Source of the DNA: a virus
Length of the DNA stretch: 64,000 nt
IMG/VR virus record: IMGVR_UViG_3300028920_000004
Coordinates: 1-64,000 of that record
Strand: one strand, 5' to 3'
Shown: one piece after another, positions 8,288 to 19,102 of the stretch
Position numbering within the stretch: the first letter of the stretch is position 1
Layout of the letters: every line of letters starts with the position of its first letter
The notes under the pieces: generated by a model
Told to the model about the DNA's origin: nothing
Database searches by the model: none
Seen by the model: the letters and a program-made list of their open reading frames with translations, nothing else
Program-made: the position numbers and the translations under genes

Positions 8288-10461
8288 TGAAAGTAAAAGT
8301 AAAAAAATCGGAGGTATCAGCGTTTTTAAATGATTATAAATCCAATTCTGAAACTTATATTTTGGAGGAAGGCAAATCTAAAGAAATAGCTAAAATTGCT
8401 AATAAAAGAGGGATAGAATTAGCTAATAGCAGAGATTTAGCAGGATTTAAAACAGTTTATACTTTTGCTAATCAAGCTAATAAAAATAGGGTAAGGCTTC
8501 CAGAGAAAGAACTTTTAAAAGCTCTTCCTTCTCTTATAGGAAAACCTGTGGATATTGACCATAATAGAAGGTATGTTATAGGTTATTATATAGATTACAA
8601 ATATAATAAAGCAGAAAATAAGGTAATAGCTTATGGTATCTTCTTTAAGAATTGTTTTGAAGATGAATGGGAAAAAGCTCAAAAATTATTTAAGGAAAAG
8701 AAATTAACTACTTCATATGAAATATGGAGTGATAGTAGAAAAACTAAAGAGCTTTCAGATGGAACTATAGAGCTTTATGATTTACAAGTGGCTGGCGGTG
8801 GCTTATTATTTAATGAGGAACCAGCCTTTGAAGATGCAGAAGTTCTTGAAGTAGCTAAGAAGAAAATAGATTCTGATGTGAAACTAATTTTTGCTAATAA
8901 TTCTTCTAAGAAATATAAAAATGAGGAACTTATAATGTGTGATAAAGGAAAATGTAAAATAAAAACTTCTGCTGAAGTTTATCAGTGTGAATGTCCTAAG
9001 TGTGGAGAAAAAACAAGTTCATCTACTCATTGTAATCAAACTAAATGTCCTAAATGTGGAACTATGATGAGAAAAGAAGGATTTCCTGGTAAAGGACAAC
9101 CAGATAAATCTCCAAATGCAACTCCGCAAAAGTCTCAAATTAAATGTAAAAATTGTGGTAAAGAATTTGAATATGATACTGAAAGTTCAAATGTAAAATG
9201 TCCTGAATGTTTAGCAATTCTTAATCAAAAAGGAGAAATGGTGCATCCTCCTCAAATTAAGAATTTTAAAATATTATGTCCGTCTTGTCAGGTTGATAAT
9301 TGGTTAATATTAGGTAGGGATGAACATAGAGCAAAAATCCAATGTTTAAGTTGTAAAAAGAAATATGCTGTTAAATTTACTAAAGAACAAAAAAGTGCTC
9401 TACCTGAAGGAGTAAGTTTCTTTTATGAAGGTACTCAAAGATGTTATCAGTGTGGTACTATAATAAGATACGGAGGATTTTCTGATTATAAAGAAAAAGA
9501 ACTTAAATGCCCGAAGTGCGGATTAAAATTTAGTATAGATATTAAAAACTCAAATAATACCAAAATATCTGAAATTACAGAGATAGATAAGCCTAAGAAA
9601 TCTTCTAAAGAGGGAGGAAAAAGGATGAATTACGTTTTAGAGGTATCTAAATATCATAGATTTGTAGATAATTTTGAAGCTCTTGATAAATCTATTTATA
9701 GCGAATATGAAAAAGCCAGCGAAAAAGTTAGTAAGAGATTAACATATAAAGAAAGACAATCTCTTTCAGATAATGATTTTGCGGTAGTAGTAAAAGTTAA
9801 AGACAAAAAAACTGGTAAAGTTAGAAAAATCAGAAAATATCCGATACATGACAAAGCTCATGTGAGAAATGCTTTGGCTAGAATAGCTCAGAAAGAAGCC
9901 AAAGAAGCCTTGAAAAAACTTGGAGTTTCAGTAGAAAAAGTAAAGGCAAAAATAGAAGCTAAAGCTAAAAAACTTGGAATAGAAACTTCTGAAAAGAAGG
10001 TAAAAGCTTCAAAGAAAGAATCTCCATATAAGAGTTCTAAGACTTTGAGAAAAGCTGTCTCTAGGATTAAGGAAGCAGAAAAACAGGTTGAAGAAATTAA
10101 GAAAGCTTCTGATAAAAAGTCTAACAACTATAAAGAGGCTATTAGAAACTTTGCAGATAAAGTAAAGAAACTTGAAGGAAAGGTTAAACTTTATGAATCT
10201 AATGCTAAGAAGATAGTGGAAAGAAGACAAGAACTTGGAGATGAATATTCTAAGGATTTGACAGATAAGGATATTCTTAATGATGATAAATTTGATAGAG
10301 CAAAAACTGAAAAAGAAAACTTAATGCTTAAAGCTAAATTAAATAAGTCATCTGATGAAACTGTAGGTATAAAACCCAAAGATGAAAATTATTGGGCTAA
10401 AACTAGAAAAGAAATTGACGAATTGGCTTTTGGTAAAGCCGACGATAAAGATAAGGAATAA
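8287..10461 (+). CDS. Prohead protease/scaffold fusion with four zinc ribbons
   Basis: N-terminal protease-like ANKN...GKPVDIDH...SYE...GGGLL..EPAF; eight CxxC pairs; YPIHDKAHVRNALAR motif; C-terminal coiled coil. Confidence 0.7.
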   Translation: MKVKVKKSEVSAFLNDYKSNSETYILEEGKSKEIAKIANKRGIELANSRDLAGFKTVYTFANQANKNRVRLPEKELLKALPSLIGKPVDIDHNRRYVIGYYIDYKYNKAENKVIAYGIFFKNCFEDEWEKAQKLFKEKKLTTSYEIWSDSRKTKELSDGTIELYDLQVAGGGLLFNEEPAFEDAEVLEVAKKKIDSDVKLIFANNSSKKYKNEELIMCDKGKCKIKTSAEVYQCECPKCGEKTSSSTHCNQTKCPKCGTMMRKEGFPGKGQPDKSPNATPQKSQIKCKNCGKEFEYDTESSNVKCPECLAILNQKGEMVHPPQIKNFKILCPSCQVDNWLILGRDEHRAKIQCLSCKKKYAVKFTKEQKSALPEGVSFFYEGTQRCYQCGTIIRYGGFSDYKEKELKCPKCGLKFSIDIKNSNNTKISEITEIDKPKKSSKEGGKRMNYVLEVSKYHRFVDNFEALDKSIYSEYEKASEKVSKRLTYKERQSLSDNDFAVVVKVKDKKTGKVRKIRKYPIHDKAHVRNALARIAQKEAKEALKKLGVSVEKVKAKIEAKAKKLGIETSEKKVKASKKESPYKSSKTLRKAVSRIKEAEKQVEEIKKASDKKSNNYKEAIRNFADKVKKLEGKVKLYESNAKKIVERRQELGDEYSKDLTDKDILNDDKFDRAKTEKENLMLKAKLNKSSDETVGIKPKDENYWAKTRKEIDELAFGKADDKDKE

Positions 10462-10532
10462 TATTGCTATAAAAGATAATAGCAAGAAAGAAAAAAGATA
10501 TAATATTAAAATCTAAAAAGTGAGGTAATGAA

Positions 10533-11516
10533 ATGAATCTTAAAGATTTGAAAACAAGTGGCTATTTTGATTTGAATCTAGCCAAGGCTCTTGGTCAGCC
10601 TATCAATCCGCATAAGCCTACTCCTTTTGAAGTAGATGCGATAGCGGATGTGCTTACTGCTAAAGTTGGAGAGAAAATATATCGTTTTACCGCCCTCGAA
10701 AGCGAAAATGATATATGTCTGGATGTTGAGACCGATGGTTCACTTACTGTTGTTAAGAGAAGCGTAACTGGCGATGCCGAGCTTACGTTTAAGGGTCTTA
10801 ATTCTAAGTTGGAGTATGTGCTTGTTGATGATATTCTTTCATCTACGGATGAGAATAAAAGGGATTTAGCTACGAGAAAAGCTTCTATTACTCGTAGTAT
10901 GGATAAGAGAGAAGTTAGGATGATAGTTTCAGCTATACTTAATAAAACTGCTGGTTATCTTCCTGGTGCGAATCCTCATGAGTATACCATTGTAAGTGGG
11001 GATGACCTATATGATGCTATTATGGGTATGAAGCATCTTGTTGAAGATTTTGGCGATGATTTTGTGCTATTGGTTGGTAATACTGTTAAAGAAAAGATTG
11101 ATACTTATGATAAGGATAATGTGGGTAGTTTTAATTATAATATAGGTCTCAAACAGAGACTTGCGGATATGGGTATTAAGGATATAATTAAAGTATTTGG
11201 TAAAGTTGAAGCTGTAGATGCTAGCGGTGAAGTGCAGATAATGGATAAGAAGAAGATGATACTTGTGGCTAGAAATTCTAGAATTGCCGATGGTAAACCT
11301 ATAAAGTTCGTTAGGAGAAAGATTTCTGCTGAGGTTGCTAAGTTGATAGGTGCGGAAGCTGATAGTATGTTCCGTATAATCCTAAAGAACCCTGCTCCTG
11401 TAAATAATGCAGGTAGCAATACTTTTGGTTATGGTGTTTATGGTTATGAGAGTATTATATTTACGATAACGAATCCTAAAGCAGTCGCAATATGTGATGC
11501 TACTTCGATTGTTTGA
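10533..11516 (+). CDS. Major capsid protein (putative HK97 fold)
   Basis: Follows scaffold, 327 aa, distinct codon usage, followed by long hairpin. Confidence 0.75.
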   Translation: MNLKDLKTSGYFDLNLAKALGQPINPHKPTPFEVDAIADVLTAKVGEKIYRFTALESENDICLDVETDGSLTVVKRSVTGDAELTFKGLNSKLEYVLVDDILSSTDENKRDLATRKASITRSMDKREVRMIVSAILNKTAGYLPGANPHEYTIVSGDDLYDAIMGMKHLVEDFGDDFVLLVGNTVKEKIDTYDKDNVGSFNYNIGLKQRLADMGIKDIIKVFGKVEAVDASGEVQIMDKKKMILVARNSRIADGKPIKFVRRKISAEVAKLIGAEADSMFRIILKNPAPVNNAGSNTFGYGVYGYESIIFTITNPKAVAICDATSIV

Positions 11517-11529
11517 TAAGGATTAAAAT

Positions 11530-11587
11530 ATAAGAGTTTTGGGAAGGGTATTCACTGAGTGGATAACTCTTCCCAAACTCTGCTTAT
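11530..11587 (+). terminator. Long stem-loop after capsid gene (terminator or stabiliser)
   Basis: AGAGTTTTGGGAAGGGT...ACTCTTCCCAAACTCT; no clear U-tract. Confidence 0.55.
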
Positions 11588-11604
11588 CTTAGGAGACTTT
11601 AAAA

Positions 11605-12042
11605 GTGATTATAGTAAAAAATCAATTAAATAAAAAAGAAGAGCAATTTTTTAGAATTTTTTTAGCAGAATTGACTGACTTTTATAGTGATTTCTATATT
11701 ACTAAGGATAGGATAAGGTTAGATATTAAGGAAAATGTAGACTTATTTTTGAAAGAAGCTAAAAAAGGCAATAAATTATTGTATGGGGAAAAAGAAGGAA
11801 TTGCAGGAATTGTTGGATATGCAGATAATTTTCCAAGAAAATATTTAAAAATTTTAGCTAAAGATGAAAATGGAGCAGATAAGTTAGTTAGAAGAGCCAT
11901 AGAAATTGTAGATTGTGATTTATGGGCAAAAATAAAGAAAAAAAATCCTCTAATTAAAATATTATATAATAATGGTTTTATACATAAAGGAAATAGAGGA
12001 AAAGAACTGCTAATGTATTATGAAAAATATAAAAATAAGTAA
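11605..12042 (+). CDS. Hypothetical protein, GNAT-like C-terminus
   Basis: KKKNPLIKILYNNGF resembles GNAT N..A..LY...GF motif. Confidence 0.45.
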   Translation: MIIVKNQLNKKEEQFFRIFLAELTDFYSDFYITKDRIRLDIKENVDLFLKEAKKGNKLLYGEKEGIAGIVGYADNFPRKYLKILAKDENGADKLVRRAIEIVDCDLWAKIKKKNPLIKILYNNGFIHKGNRGKELLMYYEKYKNK

Positions 12043-12051
12043 GGAGAAATT

Positions 12052-12612
12052 ATGTTAAGTGCTCTTTATACTAAAATTCGGGCATTAGTAAAAGATTTTG
12101 AAAAAGAAGATAGCGAAGCTTGGGAATATACTGTAACTAATATTTTTGAAATATCAGAAGACAATATCAATTCTTTAGAAGATGTAAAATTAAATGGAAG
12201 TAGTTTAGGAAGTGGAGAATATTCTTATGATTCCTCTGAGAAAGAGATTACAGTAAGTGCCAGTCTAACTTCTGGAGACAAAATTCAAGCCAAATATAAA
12301 TATTATAAATATTCTGAAACCGAACTTAAAGAATATATAAGGTCTGCTATAGTTTGGATTTCTGTTCTTGGTTACGATGAATATGATTATGAACTTAAAG
12401 ATACTTATATTTATCCTTCTCCAGATAGTGAAACTAAAGATTTAATAGCAGTAGTGGCTTCTATATTAATTAAACCTAATTATAGTGAATATAGATTGCC
12501 GAATCTTACTGTTAGATATAGAGGAAGGGAATTGAGTAAGGAAGATAAAATTGCAAAATTAGTTGATAGATTTAAGTCTTCTGTAGGTGTTAATGTAATT
12601 ATTGAATTTTAA
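12052..12612 (+). CDS. Putative head-tail adaptor with inserted beta-sandwich
   Basis: Position after MCP; KIRALVKD N-terminus; VKLNG..Y.Y...EITV...GDKIQAKY module. Confidence 0.55.
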   Translation: MLSALYTKIRALVKDFEKEDSEAWEYTVTNIFEISEDNINSLEDVKLNGSSLGSGEYSYDSSEKEITVSASLTSGDKIQAKYKYYKYSETELKEYIRSAIVWISVLGYDEYDYELKDTYIYPSPDSETKDLIAVVASILIKPNYSEYRLPNLTVRYRGRELSKEDKIAKLVDRFKSSVGVNVIIEF

Positions 12613-12623
12613 GAGGAGATATT

Positions 12624-12986
12624 ATGGAAGAACAAAGAGCAACTCAGTATGATTTAAAGGTATATCAACATACTGCTCCTATAGGTTGGCAATTAGAATT
12701 TGTGAAAGATGATGCTTCTTTGGATATTACAGATTATACTATATTTTTTACTGTTAAATCAGACCCTAAAGATGAAGATGATGATGCTTTAATAAAAAAA
12801 GATATAACTACCCATAGTAGTCCAACAGAAGGGAAAACTTTAATATCTTTAACTACTTCTGATACTAATATTGATGTAGGTTCTTATTACTATGATATAA
12901 AATATAAGGATGGTAATGGTAATCAAGACATTCTTTTTTATGGTAAGTTTGAAGTTCAAAGACCTATAACTAAAAGGACTTCTTAA
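12624..12986 (+). CDS. BppU N-terminal-like structural protein
   Basis: LDITDYTIFFTVK...G...ISLT..DT...GSYYYDI. Confidence 0.6.
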   Translation: MEEQRATQYDLKVYQHTAPIGWQLEFVKDDASLDITDYTIFFTVKSDPKDEDDDALIKKDITTHSSPTEGKTLISLTTSDTNIDVGSYYYDIKYKDGNGNQDILFYGKFEVQRPITKRTS

Positions 12987-12987
12987 T

Positions 12988-13350
12988 ATGGCAGATGATA
13001 TTATAAAAACTACAAATGATTTTACTGTAAAATTTACTGAGAAGTCTATTTTAGATGTAGATTTTACGGAAAAAGAAGTATTAGAAGTAAAAGTTAATAA
13101 AATAGATATTGTGGAATATGTTCAAAAAGAAGTAATATCTAATCTTAAATATGAAGTTCCTACTAAATTAAGTGCTACACAATTTCAAACTTCTGTGGAT
13201 TATACTCAAGCTACTTTACAAGTAACTTTAAACGGATTAAAAGTACCAAAACAATATATTACATACGATACTGCTACTAAATTTACTATAGCAGATACTA
13301 CTAAAGATGGAGATATAGTAGAGGTAATGTATATAGAAAAAACCACATAA
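12988..13350 (+). CDS. Structural protein with beta-sandwich module
   Basis: LQVTLNG ... GDIVEVMY. Confidence 0.55.
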   Translation: MADDIIKTTNDFTVKFTEKSILDVDFTEKEVLEVKVNKIDIVEYVQKEVISNLKYEVPTKLSATQFQTSVDYTQATLQVTLNGLKVPKQYITYDTATKFTIADTTKDGDIVEVMYIEKTT

Positions 13351-13437
13351 AAGATAAGATAAATATAGGGCTAGAGTAATTAAATGAGGTTAAAAACTAG
13401 TAAATAGCCCAAAATTGAAATAAAGAAGGGATGTCAA

Positions 13438-14217
13438 ATGGCATTAAATACCGCTATAAGAGGATTACAGATTAGAGATGGATTTTTTGGTGATGGCATT
13501 AAGAGAAATGATTCAGATGGAGATATTGCCGAACTTGCATTAAAATCTAGTGGAGGTTTAAAAATAGATACTGCTGAATTAGCGATTGAACCAGATGATT
13601 TTGCAGGAAATGGTCTTGCTGATGATGGTTCTGATAATTTGAAGTTAGATATTAATGGTTTGTCTGATACTGGAATAGATGTTGCAAATGATTTTCTAGC
13701 TTTTGATGATGCTACTGATAGTGAAGCTAAAAAAGAATCTATTGTAGATTTTGTTAGTGCAATAGCTGGAGATGGTTTAACTGAAGATTCTGATGGTGTT
13801 CTTGATGTTGAAGTAGATGATTCTACAATAGAGATTGATACCGATACTCTTAGAGTAAAAGACGGAGGCATTACAGAACCTAAATTAGATATAGTCAATT
13901 CTACTGTTGATGGATATGTTCTTTCATGGTCTGATGGCGATGGTCAGATGAAATGGATAGATATTGATGCAAATGCTGTTCAAAATGCTGATATAATCAA
14001 AGAGGATTTAACCTCTGATATTGATGCTTCTGGATATGCAGGTGAGCATACTTTGTCTAATACTCCTGTTGCAAATTCTTTACAGTTATTTTTGAATGGG
14101 ATATTACAACAAGAAGGTTCTGGAAATGATTATGAATTGTCTGGAACTACTATAACATTTTCTACTGCTCCTGAGAGTGGAGATATTGTTATAGCTCATT
14201 ATGTAATTTCTGACTAA
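13438..14217 (+). CDS. Acidic fibre/decoration protein
   Basis: AGDGL/DGGIT fibre-like repeats; C-terminal LFLNG...DY.LSGTTITF..AP.SGD module. Confidence 0.65.
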   Translation: MALNTAIRGLQIRDGFFGDGIKRNDSDGDIAELALKSSGGLKIDTAELAIEPDDFAGNGLADDGSDNLKLDINGLSDTGIDVANDFLAFDDATDSEAKKESIVDFVSAIAGDGLTEDSDGVLDVEVDDSTIEIDTDTLRVKDGGITEPKLDIVNSTVDGYVLSWSDGDGQMKWIDIDANAVQNADIIKEDLTSDIDASGYAGEHTLSNTPVANSLQLFLNGILQQEGSGNDYELSGTTITFSTAPESGDIVIAHYVISD

Positions 14218-14261
14218 TATTAACAAACCCTCATTTAATTACTCAAATAAAGGAGAAAATA

Positions 14262-14450
14262 ATGGCTAAGAAGAGGAAGATAGATATTAAACTCTTAAAA
14301 GAAAAATTAGAATGGGCTAAAGAAGAAACACTAAAAGGTTCTAATATAATTAAAGTTTATAATACAAAAATTGATAATATTAAAAATACCTTACTTAGAT
14401 TAGAAGGTGTTATAGCATTTATTAATGAAATCTTAGGAGATAATAAATAA
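14262..14450 (+). CDS. Small coiled-coil protein
   Basis: AGGAG SD; heptad pattern. Confidence 0.55.
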   Translation: MAKKRKIDIKLLKEKLEWAKEETLKGSNIIKVYNTKIDNIKNTLLRLEGVIAFINEILGDNK

Positions 14451-14602
14451 TGTCCGTTAAAAGAATAATAAATGAAACACAAAGGCATCTTTTAAAAGAG
14501 AATTTAGAATTAAAAGATAGGAATGAAGTTTTAACCTCTCTTATAAAGTTGCTTATTAAATATAATATAATACCTAAAGAAGAATTAGAGGAGTTATTAT
14601 AA
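14450..14602 (+). CDS. Small hypothetical protein, 50 aa (not in ORF track)
   Basis: MSVKRIINETQRHLLKENLELKDRNEV...; TAATG overlaps at both ends. Confidence 0.55.
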   Translation: MSVKRIINETQRHLLKENLELKDRNEVLTSLIKLLIKYNIIPKEELEELL

Positions 14603-17538
14603 TGTCAGATAGGAATACATCTATAAATCGTAAACAATTAAAACCTATAAGACAAGATGATTTAGACGCCACTAATTCTCCTTCTGATGGATATGTACCT
14701 TCTTATGATGAAGCTACAGGTCAATTTACTTGGGTAGAAAATACAGGAGGAAGTTCTTTTGCAAATACAGTAATGGTTTCTTCTTCTGGTGGAGATTATA
14801 CAACAATTCAAGGGGCTTTAGATGATAATGGAGCCGATACTCTTATTTTAGTTTATCCTGGAACTTATACTAATGATACTATCAATTTTTCTGCCAATAA
14901 TCAATGTATTATAGGAGTGGGATTTACATCTCAACAACTTATAACTAACACTGCTCAAATATGTAATTTTGGGGCTTATACTGGATGTAGGTTAGAAAAT
15001 TTAAAATTAATAGGTACTTATACTTCCGCTATAGATATGATAACAGGTTCTGGTGCTTTATCTTCAAAGTATTGTCATTTTGAAATAACCGCCTCTGGAA
15101 CGATAGCAGGTTCTCCAAGAATAATATATACTACTGGAACTTTTGGACAAGACAAAGGTTCTTTAATTTATTCAAATACTGCTTCGAGTTCTGGAAGAAT
15201 AAAAAGAGCCATTCAGCCAGGTACGAATGGTACTATTACTCTAAGAAGAGTAAATATAGAGGTTAGTGGTTCTGGTGATGCAAATGCGATTGCAGTAGGG
15301 TATTCTATTGGTTCAGGAATTATAAATGCTTATAGATGTTCGGCAGATATAGAAGATACTGATGCTAATATAGTGGTGGGTCTTGGAGATTTGAATGGTA
15401 GTGGAGAAGATGAATATATTGCGAATGATGTTCATGTTATATGTGGAGGAATAGGAAAAATAGGGTATGGTTTTTATGTTACTTCTTCAACATCTCTTTC
15501 GGTAAGAAGTATGTATAATCATATACATATAACAGATGGAGGAGGAAGTTCTTATTCTGTATATTTAGGTGCTAATACTATTATAACTTCTCAATTTGAT
15601 GATATAATAGCAAGCGATGGTTACAATGACCAAGGAGGAAATTTGGTATTAGTCAATAGTTCTATTGATGGAGAATTAAGTATTACTAATGGATTAACGC
15701 TTGTAAATAGAATAACTGAATTTTCTACAGATGGAACTCTTGGAGATAATTCAGACAATGCAGTTCCAACTGAAAAAGCAGTAAAAACTTATGTAGATAA
15801 TAATTTAGGAGCTTCTAGTATAGAAGATTTATCCGATGTTGATTTTGATTCTGGAACTCCTACTGATAATAATGTATTAACTTATGATAGTAATACTGGA
15901 AAATGGAAAGCAGAAGCAGGAGGGTCAGGAACTCCTGGAGGTTCTGATACTCAAGTACAATATAATAATGGAGGTTCTTTTGGTGGAAATTCTAATTTTT
16001 ATTTCGATGATGCTATAAGTGCTGAAACTTTATATCTATTAGGAAAAATAGTAACTTATGGAGTGTGGGATGCAGATGAAGATACTGGAGTAGAATTTGA
16101 CCAAGGAGCAGTAGATGAAGATAAAATTAGATTTTCTACTGGAAGTTATGAAAGATGGCAAATAGATGAAAATGGACATTGGCTTCCTGGAGTTAACAAC
16201 CATTATGATATAGGTACTAATGCTCTTCCTGTAAGAAAAGCATATATTAATGAAATACAATTAGAGGATGATAATTCTTTCAATGGAATAGATGATTTTA
16301 CTTTAGAAGTGAATGGAGATAGTAAATTAAAAGTAGCGGATAGAATAGAACAAAATATAATGCTTAATGCTTTTAGAATAGCAGTAAATGGTTCTCTAAC
16401 CCAATTTAATATGACTGATGGAATATTAGATGAGTATGAAGATGAAAGTGGAATAGATACTGTTTCTTCTACCAATGAAGAATATGATTCTTCTAATGAT
16501 TTATATAATCCTTCAGTTAATGCAGGTGGCAACGATGAAAATACCAAATTACTGCTCCATTGTAATGGAGTAGATGAATCTACTACTTTTACTGACGAAT
16601 CTGATTCTGCACATACAGTTACTGCACATGAAACCGCCCAAGTAGATACTACTAATAAAAAATGGGGAACAGGAAGTTTACAATTAGATGGAAATAGTGA
16701 TTATTTAAGTATTCCAGATAGTGCAGATTGGGATTTAGTTGGTTCAAATGCTGATAATTGGACAGTAGATTTTTGGGTAAAATTTAATCTTACAAATATA
16801 AGTACAGTAGAACCACTTATTTCGCAAGATGAAGGAGCTTCTGACGGTTGGTATATATTTAGAAATATTTCAGAAGAGATAAGATTTAATTTTTTTAGTG
16901 CTACGGTATTACAAATAAATCCTGGGGGTATAGTAGTTAATGATACAGATTGGCATCATATAGCATTTATAAAAATAGGAACTGAATATGCTCTTTATGT
17001 AGATGGACAACAGGGAGCATATGGCACAACTGCTTCTATAGATACTTTTTCTGCCCCAATTACTATTGGTTATAATCCTAATACTTATACAGGTTATTTT
17101 AATGGTTATTTAGATGAAATCCGCATACAGCATTCTAATTATTTTAACGCTTCCCCTAATTCTACTCCTGATGATACTATAATGGTTCCTACTTCAGAAT
17201 ATGGAGATGGACTTACTAATAATATGACATTAATTTCAAATTCTTCTACTGCTGAAGCGGAACCTAATGATGCTAGAATTGTAGTTTTTGAGGAAGATGT
17301 AGATTCGATTACAATTAATACTGACTTAAAGGCTTATGTTAGTAAAGATGGAGGTTCGACTTGGGCAGAGGTAACTCTTTCTGATGAAGGAAATTATGAA
17401 GCGTCTAAAAGAATATTATCTGGAATTGTAGATTTAACCGCTTCTGGAATTGGCTCTGGAACTGACATTGAATATAAATTAGTAACTGCAAATAATAAAG
17501 ACCTAAAAATTCATGGGGCTTCTGTGAGTTGGGATTAA
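14602..17538 (+). CDS. Large fibre/receptor-binding protein (beta-helix region, fibre repeats, LamG domain)
   Basis: DYTTIQGA..VYPGTY pectin-lyase-like start; PGGSDTQVQYNNGG; TKLLLHCNG...WHHIAF...YLDEIRI LamG. Confidence 0.75.
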   Translation: MSDRNTSINRKQLKPIRQDDLDATNSPSDGYVPSYDEATGQFTWVENTGGSSFANTVMVSSSGGDYTTIQGALDDNGADTLILVYPGTYTNDTINFSANNQCIIGVGFTSQQLITNTAQICNFGAYTGCRLENLKLIGTYTSAIDMITGSGALSSKYCHFEITASGTIAGSPRIIYTTGTFGQDKGSLIYSNTASSSGRIKRAIQPGTNGTITLRRVNIEVSGSGDANAIAVGYSIGSGIINAYRCSADIEDTDANIVVGLGDLNGSGEDEYIANDVHVICGGIGKIGYGFYVTSSTSLSVRSMYNHIHITDGGGSSYSVYLGANTIITSQFDDIIASDGYNDQGGNLVLVNSSIDGELSITNGLTLVNRITEFSTDGTLGDNSDNAVPTEKAVKTYVDNNLGASSIEDLSDVDFDSGTPTDNNVLTYDSNTGKWKAEAGGSGTPGGSDTQVQYNNGGSFGGNSNFYFDDAISAETLYLLGKIVTYGVWDADEDTGVEFDQGAVDEDKIRFSTGSYERWQIDENGHWLPGVNNHYDIGTNALPVRKAYINEIQLEDDNSFNGIDDFTLEVNGDSKLKVADRIEQNIMLNAFRIAVNGSLTQFNMTDGILDEYEDESGIDTVSSTNEEYDSSNDLYNPSVNAGGNDENTKLLLHCNGVDESTTFTDESDSAHTVTAHETAQVDTTNKKWGTGSLQLDGNSDYLSIPDSADWDLVGSNADNWTVDFWVKFNLTNISTVEPLISQDEGASDGWYIFRNISEEIRFNFFSATVLQINPGGIVVNDTDWHHIAFIKIGTEYALYVDGQQGAYGTTASIDTFSAPITIGYNPNTYTGYFNGYLDEIRIQHSNYFNASPNSTPDDTIMVPTSEYGDGLTNNMTLISNSSTAEAEPNDARIVVFEEDVDSITINTDLKAYVSKDGGSTWAEVTLSDEGNYEASKRILSGIVDLTASGIGSGTDIEYKLVTANNKDLKIHGASVSWD

Positions 17539-17553
17539 TTTAAGGAAAAAATA

Positions 17554-17907
17554 ATGGACGAATTATTTGAAGAAAAATCACAAAAAATTAAAATTTATAT
17601 GGCGAGAGAAAGAGTATTAGACCCATACGAAAAAAATACCGAACTTGTAAAATTAAATTCTATATCTATTCCTGCCATAGTAACAGACTTAGGATTTTCT
17701 CAAATTTCTTGGAAAATGCCTGGAATAGAAACCGATAAAGCAAAAGAAATTATAATCAGAGAAAGAGATAAATCTTTGCTTGAACAATCTTCAGTAATAG
17801 AAACCTCAAAAGATGAATTTTACAATGGTTGGAAGATTAACGGAAAATTGCAATTTCGTACAGAAGATAATTATATTAGAGCTTATATCTATTATAAGAA
17901 GATTTAA
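17554..17907 (+). CDS. Putative head closure protein
   Basis: Size and neck-module position. Confidence 0.45.
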   Translation: MDELFEEKSQKIKIYMARERVLDPYEKNTELVKLNSISIPAIVTDLGFSQISWKMPGIETDKAKEIIIRERDKSLLEQSSVIETSKDEFYNGWKINGKLQFRTEDNYIRAYIYYKKI

Positions 17908-17920
17908 CCGAAAGAATAAA

Positions 17921-18067
17921 ATGGCTGATAATAAAGATTTAAATACTCAACTTATAATACATTGGTATACTATAGATTTTAAAGAAAATATAGTTCATAT
18001 AATGTATAGTATTGTTCCTCCAAAAGGAAAAGAAAAGGTTTATTTAGCGGAAAGGCATTTAGTATGA
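17921..18067 (+). CDS. Small hypothetical protein (start reassigned to MADNK)
   Basis: The longer track ORF overlaps the upstream gene. Confidence 0.4.
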   Translation: MADNKDLNTQLIIHWYTIDFKENIVHIMYSIVPPKGKEKVYLAERHLV

Positions 18068-18594
18068 AGATGGGAATGAATATGACTATTACACCTAAAT
18101 TTACAGCAAGAGAAGTCATGATACCTTTATATAAAGATTGGAATTCTTTTAAAGCTTTTACTATGAAATTAGGTATGAATATTCATAATTATATGCAAAA
18201 TTATATAAATGCCAGAAGGCATAGAAGAGGAGGCACTGGTAACTTAGCCAATGCTATAAATTTTGTAGATTTATCTACTCCGAAAACTATAGGTTGGGGA
18301 ATAGGAGATATAAATTTGCTCCAAAAAAAAGCTCCTTACTGGTATGTTATAAACTATGGTAAGAAAATTACTGGAGAACCTTTTATTCCTGGTGGAGGTA
18401 AATTTGTTCCAGGTTCTTTTGAAGGACATGCTTCAGAAGGGGCTTTAGCAGGTGGAGTGGAAAAATTTAATTATAAAGACGGAAGTAAAATGGGTATAAA
18501 ACCTAAAAGTGTAATTAGACCTATTGACTATATAGATTCTACTTGGATAATGTTTAATAAACAAATAGCAGTATTATTAGCATCTTTTAAATAA
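18064..18594 (+). CDS. Putative tail completion (HK97 gp10-like) protein
   Basis: TGNLANAI ... APYWYVINYG. Confidence 0.6.
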   Translation: MKMGMNMTITPKFTAREVMIPLYKDWNSFKAFTMKLGMNIHNYMQNYINARRHRRGGTGNLANAINFVDLSTPKTIGWGIGDINLLQKKAPYWYVINYGKKITGEPFIPGGGKFVPGSFEGHASEGALAGGVEKFNYKDGSKMGIKPKSVIRPIDYIDSTWIMFNKQIAVLLASFK

Positions 18595-18604
18595 AGGATA
18601 AGAA

Positions 18605-19102
18605 ATGGCATATCGTATTTCGAGAAACTTAGAAGCTTCAATAATAGATTTTTTAGAAAATAATTTAGATTCTGATTGGGGAAATGTAGACGTTGTTAAA
18701 ACTTTTGCTGAAGTTTATGGAGTTAATATGAGCCAATCTGATAGAAATGCTATAGTGTGTGTTAGATGTGGAATTACTCCTCATGATTGGGTAGAATTAG
18801 GTTCTAAAGCTACCAAAAGAGAACCTGCTATAATTATAGATTTATTTTGTGCGAATGATGGTCAAAGATTAGATTTAAAAGACTATCTTATAGAAAAACT
18901 AAAAAATGGATGTGCGTATTACAAATATACTATCGTAAATGGAGCAGTGGATTCTAAAGTAGCTGATGGAAGAATTTCTTTAGTAGCTCCTCCAGAAGAT
19001 GAACCTATAGATTTTAATACTCCAAAAAATGAATTAGAACCTATAGATAGATATAGACATAGAATTACTTTAAGAGTAAGTACAGGAGATTATGAATCAT
19101 GA
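18605..19102 (+). CDS. Putative tail terminator
   Basis: Position before tail tube, size. Confidence 0.5.
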   Translation: MAYRISRNLEASIIDFLENNLDSDWGNVDVVKTFAEVYGVNMSQSDRNAIVCVRCGITPHDWVELGSKATKREPAIIIDLFCANDGQRLDLKDYLIEKLKNGCAYYKYTIVNGAVDSKVADGRISLVAPPEDEPIDFNTPKNELEPIDRYRHRITLRVSTGDYES

